Positions 37,668 to 48,578 are shown, counted from the first letter of the stretch. The stretch is 64,000 nucleotides of DNA from Pseudomonadota bacterium (GCA_036339995.1 JAYYZW010000092.1:3116-67115); one strand, 5' to 3'. Notes: a model not told the origin generated them from the letters alone. Made by a program: numbers and translations.

Positions 37668-39077
37668 ATGATGACTACGGTGAACGAACTCTGTACATCC
37701 ACCCTCCTCGACGTCGCCAGACGTATCGAGAGCAAGGAAATCTCGCCGGTCGAGCTGACCGAGGCGATGCTCGCTCGAATCAGAGAGATCGACGGCAAGC
37801 TGAATAGCTATCTCCTGGTGACGACGGATCTCGCCCTGGAACAGGCCGCGCGCGCCGAAGCAGAGATTATCCGGGGGACTTACCACGGACCGCTGCACGG
37901 GATGCCCATTGCCCTCAAAGATCTCGTCAACACCCGGGGCAGTCCGACCACTTGCGCGTCGATAATCCTCAAGGATTTCAAGCCGGATTACGACGCCGCC
38001 GTGGTCGAGCGTCTGAACGCGGCCGGTGCGGTGATCCTGGGCAAACTGAATCTGACCGAATTCGCGCTCTATGGCTACCATCCAAATTTCGAGCCGCCCG
38101 CTAATCCGTGGAACCTCGACTACTGGTCGGGCGTGTCTTCGAGCGGCTCGGGCGCAGCGACCGCCGCCTCCCTGTGCTACGCAAGTCTGGGGACGGATAC
38201 CGGCGGATCCATCCGCTTTCCATCCGCCGCTTGCGGCGTGGTCGGCATCAAGGCGACGTTCGGCAAGGTAAGCCGTTACGGGGTCTTTCCCCTTTCCGAC
38301 ACCCTCGATCACATCGGGCCCATGGCACGCAGCGTCGGCGATGCCGCCGCCATGCTGCAAGTACTCGAAGGTCGCGATCCGCGCGACGGCTCGACGCGTA
38401 CCGATCCGTTCTGTGATTACTCACAGGTGCTCGACAAGGGCATCAAAGGCATGCGGATCGGAATCGATCGCGTGTACTCCACCACCGATACCGATCCCCA
38501 GATGTCGGACGCCCTGTTCGCCGCCGTCGATCTAATGGCAAAGCTCGGCGCTGAAATTGTCGAGCTGACTTCGCCCGAACTCGCCGACGCCGCCGATCAC
38601 TGGATGGCGACCTGCAGCGTCGATGCCTTGTTGGGGCACAAGAATTTCTACCCCAAGCGCGCGGACGACTATGGACCCGTGTTTCGCTCGCTGCTCGACC
38701 ACGGCGCAAAGGTGAGCGCTGAAGAGTATGCCCGCGCGCAGCGACAGCGCCAGACGACCCGCGCGCTGCTCGACGAACTGCTGACCGATATCGACGTCAT
38801 GGTGTGCCCCGCGGCGCCCTCGCCCCCGATGCCGCAGTCAGAGTTTCCTCCGCAGCAGGTCGCACCGGTCGAGGACATCGCGCCGCTGGTCCGGTTCGCC
38901 GCGCCGACCGACTTCGCCGGCAACCCGAGCATCACCCTGCCCAACGGCTTCACTGATGACGGCTTACCGCTCGCGATGCAATTCATCGGCCGCCACGGCG
39001 ACGAAGCCGGTATTATCCGCGCAGCGGCGGCCTACGAAACGGCCACTGAGTGGCACAATGCACGGCCACCGATCTAG
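37668..39077 (+). CDS. amidase (GatA-like amidase-signature family)
   Basis: LHGMPIALKD, SGVSSSGSGAA, GTDTGGSIRFP. Confidence 0.93.
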   Translation: MMTTVNELCTSTLLDVARRIESKEISPVELTEAMLARIREIDGKLNSYLLVTTDLALEQAARAEAEIIRGTYHGPLHGMPIALKDLVNTRGSPTTCASIILKDFKPDYDAAVVERLNAAGAVILGKLNLTEFALYGYHPNFEPPANPWNLDYWSGVSSSGSGAATAASLCYASLGTDTGGSIRFPSAACGVVGIKATFGKVSRYGVFPLSDTLDHIGPMARSVGDAAAMLQVLEGRDPRDGSTRTDPFCDYSQVLDKGIKGMRIGIDRVYSTTDTDPQMSDALFAAVDLMAKLGAEIVELTSPELADAADHWMATCSVDALLGHKNFYPKRADDYGPVFRSLLDHGAKVSAEEYARAQRQRQTTRALLDELLTDIDVMVCPAAPSPPMPQSEFPPQQVAPVEDIAPLVRFAAPTDFAGNPSITLPNGFTDDGLPLAMQFIGRHGDEAGIIRAAAAYETATEWHNARPPI

Positions 39078-39086
39078 ACACCGTTA

Positions 39087-39788
39087 ATGACCGTCGAGAT
39101 CTTTCGCGACGACGCTTACGCCCGGACCACCGAGGCTCAGATCCTGGCGGTGAGCGACGACGGCATCGTACTCGACCAGACGGTGTTCTATCCCGAAGGC
39201 GGCGGGCAGCCTGGAGACCGGGGCAGCATTATCTTGGGCGACGACAGTGCGATCACGATCGTCGATACGCACAAGAACCAAGCCGGCACGCTGCTGCACA
39301 TCCCCGCGGCCGGCCAGTCGATGCCCGCCGTGAACGACCGCGTGACGGCGAGCATCGATTGGGACTATCGCTACAGGCACATGCGCACGCACACCTGCCT
39401 GCATCTCCTCTGCGCCCTGATCCCCTACGACGTAACCGGCGGCTCCATCAGCCAGGCCAAGGGACGGCTCGATTTCGACATGAGCGACCCCCTCAACAAG
39501 GAAGCGGTGCAACAAGCGCTCCCACAGTTGATCGCTGACGACCGCTCCGTCGCTTACCGCTGGATCACCGACGAGGAGATGGAGAACAACATGGACCTCG
39601 TCCGCACCATGTCGGTCAAGCCGCCCATGGGGCAAGACCGGGTCCGGCTGGTCGAGATCGGTGGCGTTGACCTGCAACCCTGCGGCGGCACCCACGTGGC
39701 CCGCACTGGCGAGATCGGCGAGGTCCGCATCGGAAAAGTCGAAAAGAAAGGCAAGCATAACCGCCGCGTCAACATTCATCTCGAATGA
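39087..39788 (+). CDS. alanyl-tRNA editing protein (AlaX-M type)
   Basis: LDQTVFYPEGGGQPGD, MRTHTCLH, QPCGGTHV. Confidence 0.92.
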   Translation: MTVEIFRDDAYARTTEAQILAVSDDGIVLDQTVFYPEGGGQPGDRGSIILGDDSAITIVDTHKNQAGTLLHIPAAGQSMPAVNDRVTASIDWDYRYRHMRTHTCLHLLCALIPYDVTGGSISQAKGRLDFDMSDPLNKEAVQQALPQLIADDRSVAYRWITDEEMENNMDLVRTMSVKPPMGQDRVRLVEIGGVDLQPCGGTHVARTGEIGEVRIGKVEKKGKHNRRVNIHLE

Positions 39789-39792
39789 ACGC

Positions 39793-39816
39793 GTAGAAGC
39801 CCGCTTGCGGGCGAAT
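39793..39816. repeat. REP copy
   Basis: GTAGAAGCCCGCTTGCGGGCGAAT. Confidence 0.7.
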
Positions 39817-39859
39817 CGTCGATAAAATCGCACGATCCCGGAGATTCGGAGAAAACAAG

Positions 39860-40396
39860 GTGATCTACCAACTGGAAGATCGGCGTGTCGTCGCCGAGGG
39901 TGATCATTTCATCGCGAACAGCGCGAGCGTGATCGGCCTCGTACGTCTCAAAAACAACGTCGGCGTCTGGTTCGGCGCGGTCCTGCGCGGCGACAACGAA
40001 TTGATTACCATCGGCGAGAACTCGAACGTCCAGGAATGCTGCGTCCTGCACACCGACCTGGGATTCCCATTGACCATCGGCAATTTCTGCACAGTCGGAC
40101 ACAAGGCGGTGGTGCATGGCTGCAGTGTCGGTGACAACACCCTGATCGGCATCAACGCGGTGATATTAAACGGCGCGTGCATCGGTAAAAACTGCCTGAT
40201 TGGCGCCAACGCGCTCGTCACCGAAGGCAAGGAAATCCCGGACAACAGCGTGGTGGTGGGATCACCGGGCAAGGTCGTCCGCCAATTGAACGAAGAACAA
40301 GTGCAGGAGAACAAAAACCAGGCCGAACGTTACGTTAGAAATTTCAAGCGCTTCAATGCCGGTCTCTTCGTCCAAATGGAGATCGACGAGGCTTGA
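39860..40396 (+). CDS. gamma-class carbonic anhydrase family protein
   Basis: [30 protein letters not shown]; hexapeptide repeats. Confidence 0.93.
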   Translation: MIYQLEDRRVVAEGDHFIANSASVIGLVRLKNNVGVWFGAVLRGDNELITIGENSNVQECCVLHTDLGFPLTIGNFCTVGHKAVVHGCSVGDNTLIGINAVILNGACIGKNCLIGANALVTEGKEIPDNSVVVGSPGKVVRQLNEEQVQENKNQAERYVRNFKRFNAGLFVQMEIDEA

Positions 40397-40445
40397 ACCG
40401 GGCGTTTTGAATCACAGGACGATATAGATTGCATGCTCAAACACC

Positions 40446-40505
40446 ATTCGCGCGCAAACGAACTCCTGCCAGAAGGCAGCCATAGGAAGCCGCTTGCTTG
40501 CGAAT
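40446..40505. repeat. degenerate inverted REP doublet
   Basis: ATTCGCGCGCAAACGAACTCCTGC ... ATAGGAAGCCGCTTGCTTGCGAAT. Confidence 0.55.
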
Positions 40506-40569
40506 CAAATCGCGTTCGATATTTTCAAACAAGCTTTTAGCCGACGATCCCGGCAAAGCGAGCCATCCG

Positions 40570-41724
40570 ATGCGTGACTTGGACGAGAGCAAACAGGAAA
40601 TCGTCAAGGCAGCGGCCCGCTTTGGCGCGGAAACGGTGGCACCCAATGCCGAAGCCTGGGATACCGCCGGCCGCGTACCCGATTCGTTCTTCACCGATGC
40701 CGCGAAACTCGGTCTGTGCAAGCTCGTCGTACCGCGCGAGCTCGACGGGCTTGGTCTGTCGGCCACGGCTGTAATGCGGGTCGCTGAGACATTGGCGCAA
40801 ACATCCATGGAATCGGCCTTTGCCCTTTTAGTGCACAACAACCTCGCGGGCAGCGTTGCGAAGAACGCTCCGGCGCCTCTCATCGAGGAACAGCTCGCGC
40901 GGATGATGCGCGGCGAAAACGTCGGTGCTTTTCTGCTCACCGAGCCCGACTTCGGCAGCGATGCATCGGCGATCACCACGCGCGCGGAAAAGTCCGGTAC
41001 CGATTGGATCATCAACGGGCACAAGGCCTGGGTTACTAACGGCGTGCACGCGGATCTATTCAGCGTCTACGCACAGACCGAGCCGGGAGCGGGCGCCAAG
41101 GGGATCGCATGCTTTCTGATCGAGGCCGAGTCTCCGGGCGTGACGCGACACGCACCGTACGCGCTTCTCGGCAGCCACGCTCTCGGTACTACCGGCATCG
41201 ATTTCGCCGATTGCCGTGTGCCCGGATCGAATCTCATGATCGCACCGGGCCTGGCCTTCCGGGCCGCCATGCAGGGTATCGATTTCGCGCGTGTCGCCGT
41301 AGCCGCGATGTGTTGCGGCATGTTGCAGCAGGCCCTGGCCGAGGCTGTCGCCTACACCGGCCGGCGCCGCGCGTTCGGGCAGACCATCGGCGAATTTCAG
41401 GGGATCCAGTGGATGCTCGCGGACGCCTCGACCGACCTCAAAGCCGCGCGCCTTTTGACTCAGGCCGCCGCGGCGAAGATCGATGCGGGTGAAGACGCGA
41501 CGCTCGCCGCCGCGCACGCCAAGAAATACGCCACGCGCGTCGCCTTCGACCGCATCGCGCAGTGCATGCAGACCATGGGCGCGGCCGGCCTGTCGCGTGA
41601 TTACCCGCTGGCGCGGCACCTGGCGGCGGCGAAGATGGCGCAGTATGTCGACGGTGCGACGGAAATCCAGAACGTGGTGATCGCGCGTTCGCTTGAGAGT
41701 GAATATGGTGTGGCTGACGATTAG
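40570..41724 (+). CDS. acyl-CoA dehydrogenase family protein
   Basis: FLLTEPDFGSDA, INGHKAWVTNG, RRAFGQTIGEFQGIQW, YVDGATEIQ. Confidence 0.92.
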   Translation: MRDLDESKQEIVKAAARFGAETVAPNAEAWDTAGRVPDSFFTDAAKLGLCKLVVPRELDGLGLSATAVMRVAETLAQTSMESAFALLVHNNLAGSVAKNAPAPLIEEQLARMMRGENVGAFLLTEPDFGSDASAITTRAEKSGTDWIINGHKAWVTNGVHADLFSVYAQTEPGAGAKGIACFLIEAESPGVTRHAPYALLGSHALGTTGIDFADCRVPGSNLMIAPGLAFRAAMQGIDFARVAVAAMCCGMLQQALAEAVAYTGRRRAFGQTIGEFQGIQWMLADASTDLKAARLLTQAAAAKIDAGEDATLAAAHAKKYATRVAFDRIAQCMQTMGAAGLSRDYPLARHLAAAKMAQYVDGATEIQNVVIARSLESEYGVADD

Positions 41725-41943
41725 GCCGATCCTCGTTGAACGCTTGAAATGCAGTGGCCGGTCGAGCATTCCTTCTCACAGGCACCGGGCAATCGATAAT
41801 TTGTGACGATAGCGACCGCCTGGATTACAGTTAGCGACGACCGCCGCTTTCCAAACACTGCTCGTCGTTTAAGATGAGTATGACCCGCTCCGCGTGCGGT
41901 CCCGGCTACATTCGACTTAAATCGAGATAAGCTGGAGAGCATC

Positions 41944-43083
41944 ATGAAATCACCCATCTGCGACATGCTCGGTATCGAGTTTCCGCTGCTTGCCTTCAGC
42001 CACTGCCGCGACGTCGTCGCCGAGGTCTCCCGCGCTGGCGGCATGGGGGTGTTCGGCGCCGTGTCCTTGCCGCCGCACCGCTTGGAAGAAGAGCTTACCT
42101 GGATCGACGAGCATGTCGACGGCATGCCTTACGGCGTGGATCTGATCGTACCCGAGAAGATCGAAGGCAAGGACCAGCAGTTCGACGGTGAGCGCTTGCT
42201 GGTCGCAATACCGGACGAGCATAAGGCGTTCACGGAACAGATCCTAAGCCGGCATGGCATCGACGTCGGTGATATGGATGCAGCCCGGCGAGGCATCGTC
42301 CATATCGGGAAAAACATGATGGAATCCGGCGCGAAGGCCCTGTTGGACGTTTCCTTTGACCACCCCATCAAGCTGATCGCGAACGCGCTTGGCGTACCGC
42401 CTAAAAGCATGCTAGACCTCGGCAAGCATCACGGCGTAGCGGTCGCGGCCCTGGTCGGCGCGAAGGAACACGCGCTGCGGCAGGTCGAGGCCGGCGTCGA
42501 TATCCTCGTCGCTGCCGGCAGCGAGGCGGGCGGACATTGTGGCGAGGTGTCGACGATGGTTTTGATACCCGAAGTCGTCGAGGCGATTAAACCCTATGCC
42601 AATACGCCCGTCCTGGCAGCCGGCGGGATCGTTACCGGCCGGCAGATGGCAGCCGCAATGGCGATGGGGGCGGCGGGCGCATGGACGGGCTCGGTCTGGC
42701 TGACGACGAGCGAAGCTGAAACAAACCCCGTGGTAAAAGAAAAGATGTTGCGTGCGACTTCACGCGACACGGTGCGCTCGCGCAGCCGCACCGGTAAACC
42801 GTCGCGCCAGCTGAGTTCGCCCTGGACCGAGGCCTGGGAAATGCCGGGCAGCCCGACGCCGCTGCCGATGCCACTGCAATCCTTTCTGACGGCGCCGCCG
42901 CTCGAAAAAGTCGACAAGCTCGCGCAAAGCGGACACGAGGGCGCGCGAAAACTCGCGACCTACTGGGTCGGACAGGGCGTCGGGCTTATGAATCAAACAC
43001 AATCCGTACGATCGGTGATGCAGGAATTCCAGGAAGATTTTCTACGCGCATACGAACGCCTTGAGGAAGCTTTGAGTGACTAG
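41944..43083 (+). CDS. nitronate monooxygenase / FabK-like flavin oxidoreductase
   Basis: FSHCRDVVAEVSRAGGMGVFG, GSEAGGHCG, LAAGGIVTG. Confidence 0.9.
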   Translation: MKSPICDMLGIEFPLLAFSHCRDVVAEVSRAGGMGVFGAVSLPPHRLEEELTWIDEHVDGMPYGVDLIVPEKIEGKDQQFDGERLLVAIPDEHKAFTEQILSRHGIDVGDMDAARRGIVHIGKNMMESGAKALLDVSFDHPIKLIANALGVPPKSMLDLGKHHGVAVAALVGAKEHALRQVEAGVDILVAAGSEAGGHCGEVSTMVLIPEVVEAIKPYANTPVLAAGGIVTGRQMAAAMAMGAAGAWTGSVWLTTSEAETNPVVKEKMLRATSRDTVRSRSRTGKPSRQLSSPWTEAWEMPGSPTPLPMPLQSFLTAPPLEKVDKLAQSGHEGARKLATYWVGQGVGLMNQTQSVRSVMQEFQEDFLRAYERLEEALSD

Positions 43084-43155
43084 CCCATAGGCACATAATG
43101 CGAGCGTCGAACCGACGCGCCTACACCCCTGGAACCGCAAGGTGAGGAGAATCTA

Positions 43156-44487
43156 ATGAATACCCATGAACAGGAAATTCTCGATTATCTAGAAAAGAAC
43201 AGGGAGAAAATCACGGAGACCTGCGCGGAACTCGTGCGCAAGCAAAGCGTCAACCCGAATTATCCGGGTATCGACGGCGACGAAGTGCTGGGCGGCGAGA
43301 CGGATTGTAATGAACGGCTGGCGGAACTTTTCGAATCGATCGGCTGCGAGATCGATCTGTGGGAAGCGGCGCCGCGCCGGCACAATCTAGTCGGTACACT
43401 CAAAGGCCAGGGCGGCGGCCAATCCCTGGCATTGAATGGTCACGTCGACACGGTACCCGTCACGCAGCCCGAACGTTGGCGCTACAACAGTCCACTCTCG
43501 GGCGCGATCGAGGAAGGACGCATCTGGGGCCGCGGTACCTGCGATATGAAAGGCGGCCTTACGGCACAATTCTGGGCGGCCAAGGCCATTGTCGACTGCG
43601 GGATCAAGCTTGAAGGCGATCTGCTCTTACAAAGCGTACTGGGCGTGGAGACGATGGATCACGAGATCGGCACGACCAACGTCGTGCATCGAGGTCACCG
43701 TGCCGATGCCGGCATCGTGACCGAGCCGACGGCCCCTCCCGGCAGCCTTAATGTCGTGCCGATTACCCCGGGACTCCTGTGGATGGCGCTTACCGTGCGC
43801 GGCAAGACCAGCCACTCTTCGATGCGCTGCGAACTCGTCCGTGCCGGGGGACTCGGCGCGGAAGTCGGCGTCAATGCGATCGAGAAAGGCGTGATACTGC
43901 TGCAGGCCTTGCAGCGACTGGAAGAACAGTGGGGCCAGAGCAAAGCGCACCCCTTGTTCAAGCCCGGACATTTCACGATCCATCCCGGCGTGATCACGGG
44001 GGGACCGGAAGGGATCTTGGTACCTTTCCTGTTCTCGGAGTTCTGCACCATAGAGTACGCAATCTGGTATCCGCCGCAGGAAAGCGTGGAACGAGTGCAG
44101 AACGAGATCAAGGATTACGTACTGGCAGCGTCGCAGCTCGACCCTTGGCTCAAAAGCAATCCGCCGAGCTTCGACTGGAAACTGCATTGGCCGCCGGCGC
44201 AGACGGACGTCGACCATCCGGTAGTGGAAACGATGCTCGCGGCGGATAGTGCCGTTCGCCAGCATCCTGGCCACGTCGGTTCATCTGAAGGTCGAATTCA
44301 TGGTTTCTGCGCCGTCTGCGACGCGTCATGGCTCAATGCCCAGGGGATCCCGAGCGTGATCTACGGACCGGGCTCCGTCTTCGTGGCCCATTCCGTCGAC
44401 GAACACGTCGACGTCGAGGAATTGATCCAGGCAACAAAGGGACTCGCCGTGGCCGCCATGCGCTGGTGCGGTGTCGTCGAAGATTAA
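43156..44487 (+). CDS. ArgE/DapE-family (M20) deacylase
   Basis: LNGHVDTV, GRGTCDMKGG, TEPT, YGPG...AHSVDE. Confidence 0.9.
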   Translation: MNTHEQEILDYLEKNREKITETCAELVRKQSVNPNYPGIDGDEVLGGETDCNERLAELFESIGCEIDLWEAAPRRHNLVGTLKGQGGGQSLALNGHVDTVPVTQPERWRYNSPLSGAIEEGRIWGRGTCDMKGGLTAQFWAAKAIVDCGIKLEGDLLLQSVLGVETMDHEIGTTNVVHRGHRADAGIVTEPTAPPGSLNVVPITPGLLWMALTVRGKTSHSSMRCELVRAGGLGAEVGVNAIEKGVILLQALQRLEEQWGQSKAHPLFKPGHFTIHPGVITGGPEGILVPFLFSEFCTIEYAIWYPPQESVERVQNEIKDYVLAASQLDPWLKSNPPSFDWKLHWPPAQTDVDHPVVETMLAADSAVRQHPGHVGSSEGRIHGFCAVCDASWLNAQGIPSVIYGPGSVFVAHSVDEHVDVEELIQATKGLAVAAMRWCGVVED

Positions 44488-44529
44488 CCCGCTACAGGAT
44501 TGGTCCGGCGCGTCGGTTCGCGCAGAAGC

Positions 44530-45423
44530 TTAAAAGTGCCGGGGAGTTCTGCTACCCCATCGTACGTTGATGTCGAGAGTGGTAACCCGACGCAGTTCAC
44601 GACGATACTTGGTATCGTCGAAAGCGAGCCCACGATGCATGGTGGCCCGGTTGTCCCAGATCACGAAATCGTCCACCTGCCATGTGTGGCGGTAAACGAA
44701 TTTGCGCTGGGTAGCGTGTTCGATGAGATCCCTCAACAACAGGCGTCCCTCGGGAATGGGCCAGCCGATGATCTTCGTCGCGTGGGAAGCCACGTAAAGA
44801 GACTTTCGGCCGGTGTGCGGCAATCTGCGGATCAACGGATGGCATGCACCTTCGAGTGCCGCGCTTTCGTTTTCAGAGAACTCGAAACCGAGTATCTCGC
44901 GCGAATAGGCTATCGAATGGTGAACGATCAAGCCTTCCAGTCGAGCCTTCATCTCGTCGTCGAGTGCATCGTAGGCAGCTCGCATATCGGCGAATTCCGT
45001 GTCTGCGGCAACCGGCGGTATGAGCTTCGCTGAAAGCATCGAATATCGACCGCCTGGATCCTGGAAAGAAGCATCCGTGTGCCACAGTCGGTTCGCCAAG
45101 TTGTAAATCCGCCGGCGGTCATCCGGTGCGATGATCGCGCCGCTCTCGTCGACGTTGGAAATATCGGCAATGGCTTCGGTGCCGAAGCGATTTTTCTGGA
45201 GCGCGCTGATACCGGTCTTGGTATGCAGTTCACCATCCAGCCGCTGTGCGAACGCCATCTGTTCCTGCGCGCTGAACGGCTGCTCGTGAAACACCAGCAC
45301 CGCGTACTCATCCAATGCGCTGCGGATCTCCGACAGCGCGTCCTCATCGGCGACCTGCCGCAAGTCGACGGGACTGGCTTCCGCAACGAAGTGGGCGTGC
45401 AAGTTTTTCAGTGAAAAACTCAT
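44530..45423 (-). CDS. TauD/TfdA-family Fe(II)/2-oxoglutarate dioxygenase
   Basis: LWHTDASF, TEFADMRAAYD, WDNRATMHR. Confidence 0.93.
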   Translation of the reverse strand: MSFSLKNLHAHFVAEASPVDLRQVADEDALSEIRSALDEYAVLVFHEQPFSAQEQMAFAQRLDGELHTKTGISALQKNRFGTEAIADISNVDESGAIIAPDDRRRIYNLANRLWHTDASFQDPGGRYSMLSAKLIPPVAADTEFADMRAAYDALDDEMKARLEGLIVHHSIAYSREILGFEFSENESAALEGACHPLIRRLPHTGRKSLYVASHATKIIGWPIPEGRLLLRDLIEHATQRKFVYRHTWQVDDFVIWDNRATMHRGLAFDDTKYRRELRRVTTLDINVRWGSRTPRHF

Positions 45424-45494
45424 CGAAATTCTCGGAATCTATCGATGATCTTATGTTCTTCTCACCGGTGACCAGGTGGTATTTGCCGGCGAGT

Positions 45495-47126
45495 TCAGTT
45501 GCGCTCCAAACGCTGAGTAGCGTCTTCGCGCAATTCGACTTTTCGGATCTTACCGGAGGCGGTCATCGGAAATTCGTCGATGAAAATGACGTGGCGCGGA
45601 ATCTTGAAGCTCGCGACCTTACCTTTGCATGCGTCGATGACATCGGATTCGGTGAGATCACTGCCTTCGACTTTCTGCACATAAGCGATCGGCACGTCGG
45701 TGAGACGTCGATCGGGGTAGGCGACCACGGCGACTTGCTGCACGCCTTCCACGGTCAACAGCAGGCCCTCCACTTCCATCGGATCGACGTTTTCGCCGCC
45801 GACCTTGAGCATGTCCTTGTAGCGGCCGAGAAAGCGAAGGTATCCGTCGGCGCGGACGACGCCAGTATCGCCGGTATGAAACCAGCCGTCAGCGTCGTAG
45901 CAGTCGGCGGTTTCCGTGGGCTTTTTGTAGTACCCCATCATCATGCCGTAGCCCCGGAACACGATCTCCCCCGGCTCGCCGACCGGCTGCTCCTCACCGG
46001 TTTCGGGATCGACCACCTTGAATTCAAACCCGGGCGCGAGGTAGCCCGAGCTTTCCGCGCGCTGCTCCACCGTATCACCCAGTGACCCCACGGTGGTCGC
46101 AGCGCCCATTTCGCTCATGCCGTAAGCCGTCACGGTGACGAGCGGAGCGAGCGCTTCAACCGCCTTGCGGACAATCGGCACGCCGCTCTGCATGCCGGCG
46201 GCGAACAGCCCCATGCGCAGGCTGGAAATGTCGCAGTGGTGCCGCTCCTGCGCTTCGATGAGATCCTTCAAATGCGTCTCGAAACCGTGCAGGACGGACA
46301 CCCGTTCGCTTTCGACCAGCTTGATACATTCATCGGGATTGAAAGTCTCCACGAGTATCTGCCGCGCCCCGGTAAGCATCGACATCAGCGCGACCTCGGA
46401 GTAGGAAAACAGATGGAACAAGGGCAAATAATTCAGGATCGTATCGTGCTCGGTCATCGCCAATCGGAATGCACGCTCTTCGATCAGGCGCAGCATGATG
46501 TGGTTGTGCACGACGCCCTTGGGAAATCCGGTGGTCCCGGAGGTGTACATGATGAAGACGGGATCGTCCGGGTCGACCGCTGCGGCCCGCGCGTCAAGGG
46601 TTTCGTCGCCGACCCCGCCGGCCGCGTCCAGCATCGCCTTCCAATCGACTGAGCCCGCATGCGGTTCTGCGCCGAGCATCACGATCGTTGGCATTTCGGG
46701 ATAATCAGGATCCTCCACGCGTACCCCTGAAGCTGGCAGCTTCACCACCTCCTGCACCATTTCGAGGTAGTTCACAGGTCCGGACACGTCCTGCACGATG
46801 AGGTAGCGCGCGTCGGACTGCTTCAGCAGGTAGGCGAGGTCATGGGTGCGGAAACGCGTGTTGACCGGTATCTGTACGGCGCCGATCTTCGCGAGGGCAT
46901 ACATGGCAAAGATCCATTCCGGCCGGTTTACCATCCAGAGCGCGACGTGGTCGCCGGGCTCGATGCCGAGTTGGATCAGGCCCCTGGCCACCTCATTGAT
47001 GCGTTCCAACACCTCACCGAAGGTGTAGCGCTCCTCGTTGAATACCAGTGCCTCCCGCTCGCCAAAGCGTTCGGCCATCGTATCGGCCAGTGATCCTAGG
47101 GTCTTTTTTGTATACCACTCTGGCAT
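45495..47126 (-). CDS. AMP-binding acyl-CoA synthetase
   Basis: YTSGTTGFPKG, YGMSE, WFHTGD, GRYKDMLKVGGENV, SGKIRK. Confidence 0.93.
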   Translation of the reverse strand: MPEWYTKKTLGSLADTMAERFGEREALVFNEERYTFGEVLERINEVARGLIQLGIEPGDHVALWMVNRPEWIFAMYALAKIGAVQIPVNTRFRTHDLAYLLKQSDARYLIVQDVSGPVNYLEMVQEVVKLPASGVRVEDPDYPEMPTIVMLGAEPHAGSVDWKAMLDAAGGVGDETLDARAAAVDPDDPVFIMYTSGTTGFPKGVVHNHIMLRLIEERAFRLAMTEHDTILNYLPLFHLFSYSEVALMSMLTGARQILVETFNPDECIKLVESERVSVLHGFETHLKDLIEAQERHHCDISSLRMGLFAAGMQSGVPIVRKAVEALAPLVTVTAYGMSEMGAATTVGSLGDTVEQRAESSGYLAPGFEFKVVDPETGEEQPVGEPGEIVFRGYGMMMGYYKKPTETADCYDADGWFHTGDTGVVRADGYLRFLGRYKDMLKVGGENVDPMEVEGLLLTVEGVQQVAVVAYPDRRLTDVPIAYVQKVEGSDLTESDVIDACKGKVASFKIPRHVIFIDEFPMTASGKIRKVELREDATQRLERN

Positions 47127-47265
47127 GGTTCGCTCTCCAGGTCCGCCGTGTCCGGTCAGTATAGAGAACCGCCGCGCTAAGCAAAACGTTATTGCTCGAT
47201 CGGCGGGTGGCCTCTCGGAGGCGGCCGTGAAGCGGGCGGGCGTGCTTGCGTATACTGTCGCGCTC

Positions 47266-48558
47266 ATGTCGAACCCGGCCGCCAACACTCGCCCCAAATT
47301 CTTCGTCATGTTCGCGCTCGTGCTGGCGGGCGAGATGATCTTCAGCCTGCCGTTCCACGTGCCGCGTTACTTCCGGCCGACGGTGTTGGAAACCTTCGAT
47401 TTCAGCAACGCGAATCTGGGGGACGTCTTCGCGGTGTACGGGATCACGGCGATGCTGGCGTATTTTCCTGGGGGGGCCATCGCCGACCGCTTTTCCGCGC
47501 GCAAGCTGATGATCGTCTCGCTCGTAGCAACGGCTGCCGGTGGCTTTTACATGACGAGCTTGCCCGGCATCACCGCGATGTCGCTGCTGTACGGATATTG
47601 GGGTGTGACGACCATCCTTCTGTTCTGGGCGGCCATGATCCGGGCCACGCGGCAGTGGGGCGGCGCGCTCGCCCAGGGTCGTGCGTTCGGGATCCTCGAC
47701 GGCGGCCGGGGACTCGCGGCCGCCATGTTCGCAACGGCCGCCGTCTGGTGTTTGAGCCAGTTTCTCCCGGATGCTGCATCTGAGCTTACCGATGCCGACC
47801 GGCGCGAGGCGCTTCGCGCCGTGATCGGCTTTTACTCCATCGCAACCCTCGGCGCCGCCGCCCTCGTGTGGTGGTTCGTGCCCGATTCATCGGGAGAAGC
47901 TGACAATGCGAGGATCCGCTGCTTGTCTGACATGCGCGAGGTGTTGGCGTTGCGCGTCGTCTGGCTTCAGGCCGCGATCGTGATCTGTGCGTATTGCGGT
48001 TACAAGGGCCTCGACAACTATTCTCTGTATGCCTTCGAAATTCTCGACATGAGTGAAGCTGAAGCGGCAGGATTTACCGCGACCAGCGCGTACATCCGCC
48101 CCGTCGCGGCAGTCCTCGCCGGGCTTCTGGCCGACCGGATCGGCGTGTCGCGGTTGATCTTGGGACTCTTCACGGCGCTCGCGGGCAGCTACATCGCGCT
48201 CGGACTGCTGGTGCCGGACGGGCAACTCCTCGCCGTCGTATACGCCAATCTTTTCGTTAGCTTCTGCGGCGTGTTCGCGCTGCGCGGCGTCTATTTCGCG
48301 CTGCTAGAGGAAACCCGCGTGCCGGATCACCTTACGGGTGCGGCGGTCGGGCTAATTTCGCTGGTCGGATATACGCCCGACATCTTTTTCGCGCCGATCG
48401 CCGGTCGCCTGCTGGACGCCACGCCCGGGATCGGCGGCCACCAGCATTACTTCATCCTGCTCGCCAGCATCGCTATCATCGGACTCGTGACTGCGATCTG
48501 CCTCGCACGACGAGCCGGCGTGGCCGGCGAATTCGAGGGATCGCAGTCCACTCGATAA
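47266..48558 (+). CDS. MFS transporter
   Basis: Many TM segments; GAIADRFSARKL, GLLADRIGVSR. Confidence 0.9.
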   Translation: MSNPAANTRPKFFVMFALVLAGEMIFSLPFHVPRYFRPTVLETFDFSNANLGDVFAVYGITAMLAYFPGGAIADRFSARKLMIVSLVATAAGGFYMTSLPGITAMSLLYGYWGVTTILLFWAAMIRATRQWGGALAQGRAFGILDGGRGLAAAMFATAAVWCLSQFLPDAASELTDADRREALRAVIGFYSIATLGAAALVWWFVPDSSGEADNARIRCLSDMREVLALRVVWLQAAIVICAYCGYKGLDNYSLYAFEILDMSEAEAAGFTATSAYIRPVAAVLAGLLADRIGVSRLILGLFTALAGSYIALGLLVPDGQLLAVVYANLFVSFCGVFALRGVYFALLEETRVPDHLTGAAVGLISLVGYTPDIFFAPIAGRLLDATPGIGGHQHYFILLASIAIIGLVTAICLARRAGVAGEFEGSQSTR

Positions 48559-48578
48559 TAAACACCCGGAGGAAAACA

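Noticed and set aside
270-40505. REP copies as a CRISPR array
   Set aside because: They are dispersed and inverted, not regularly spaced direct repeats, and no cas genes are present.
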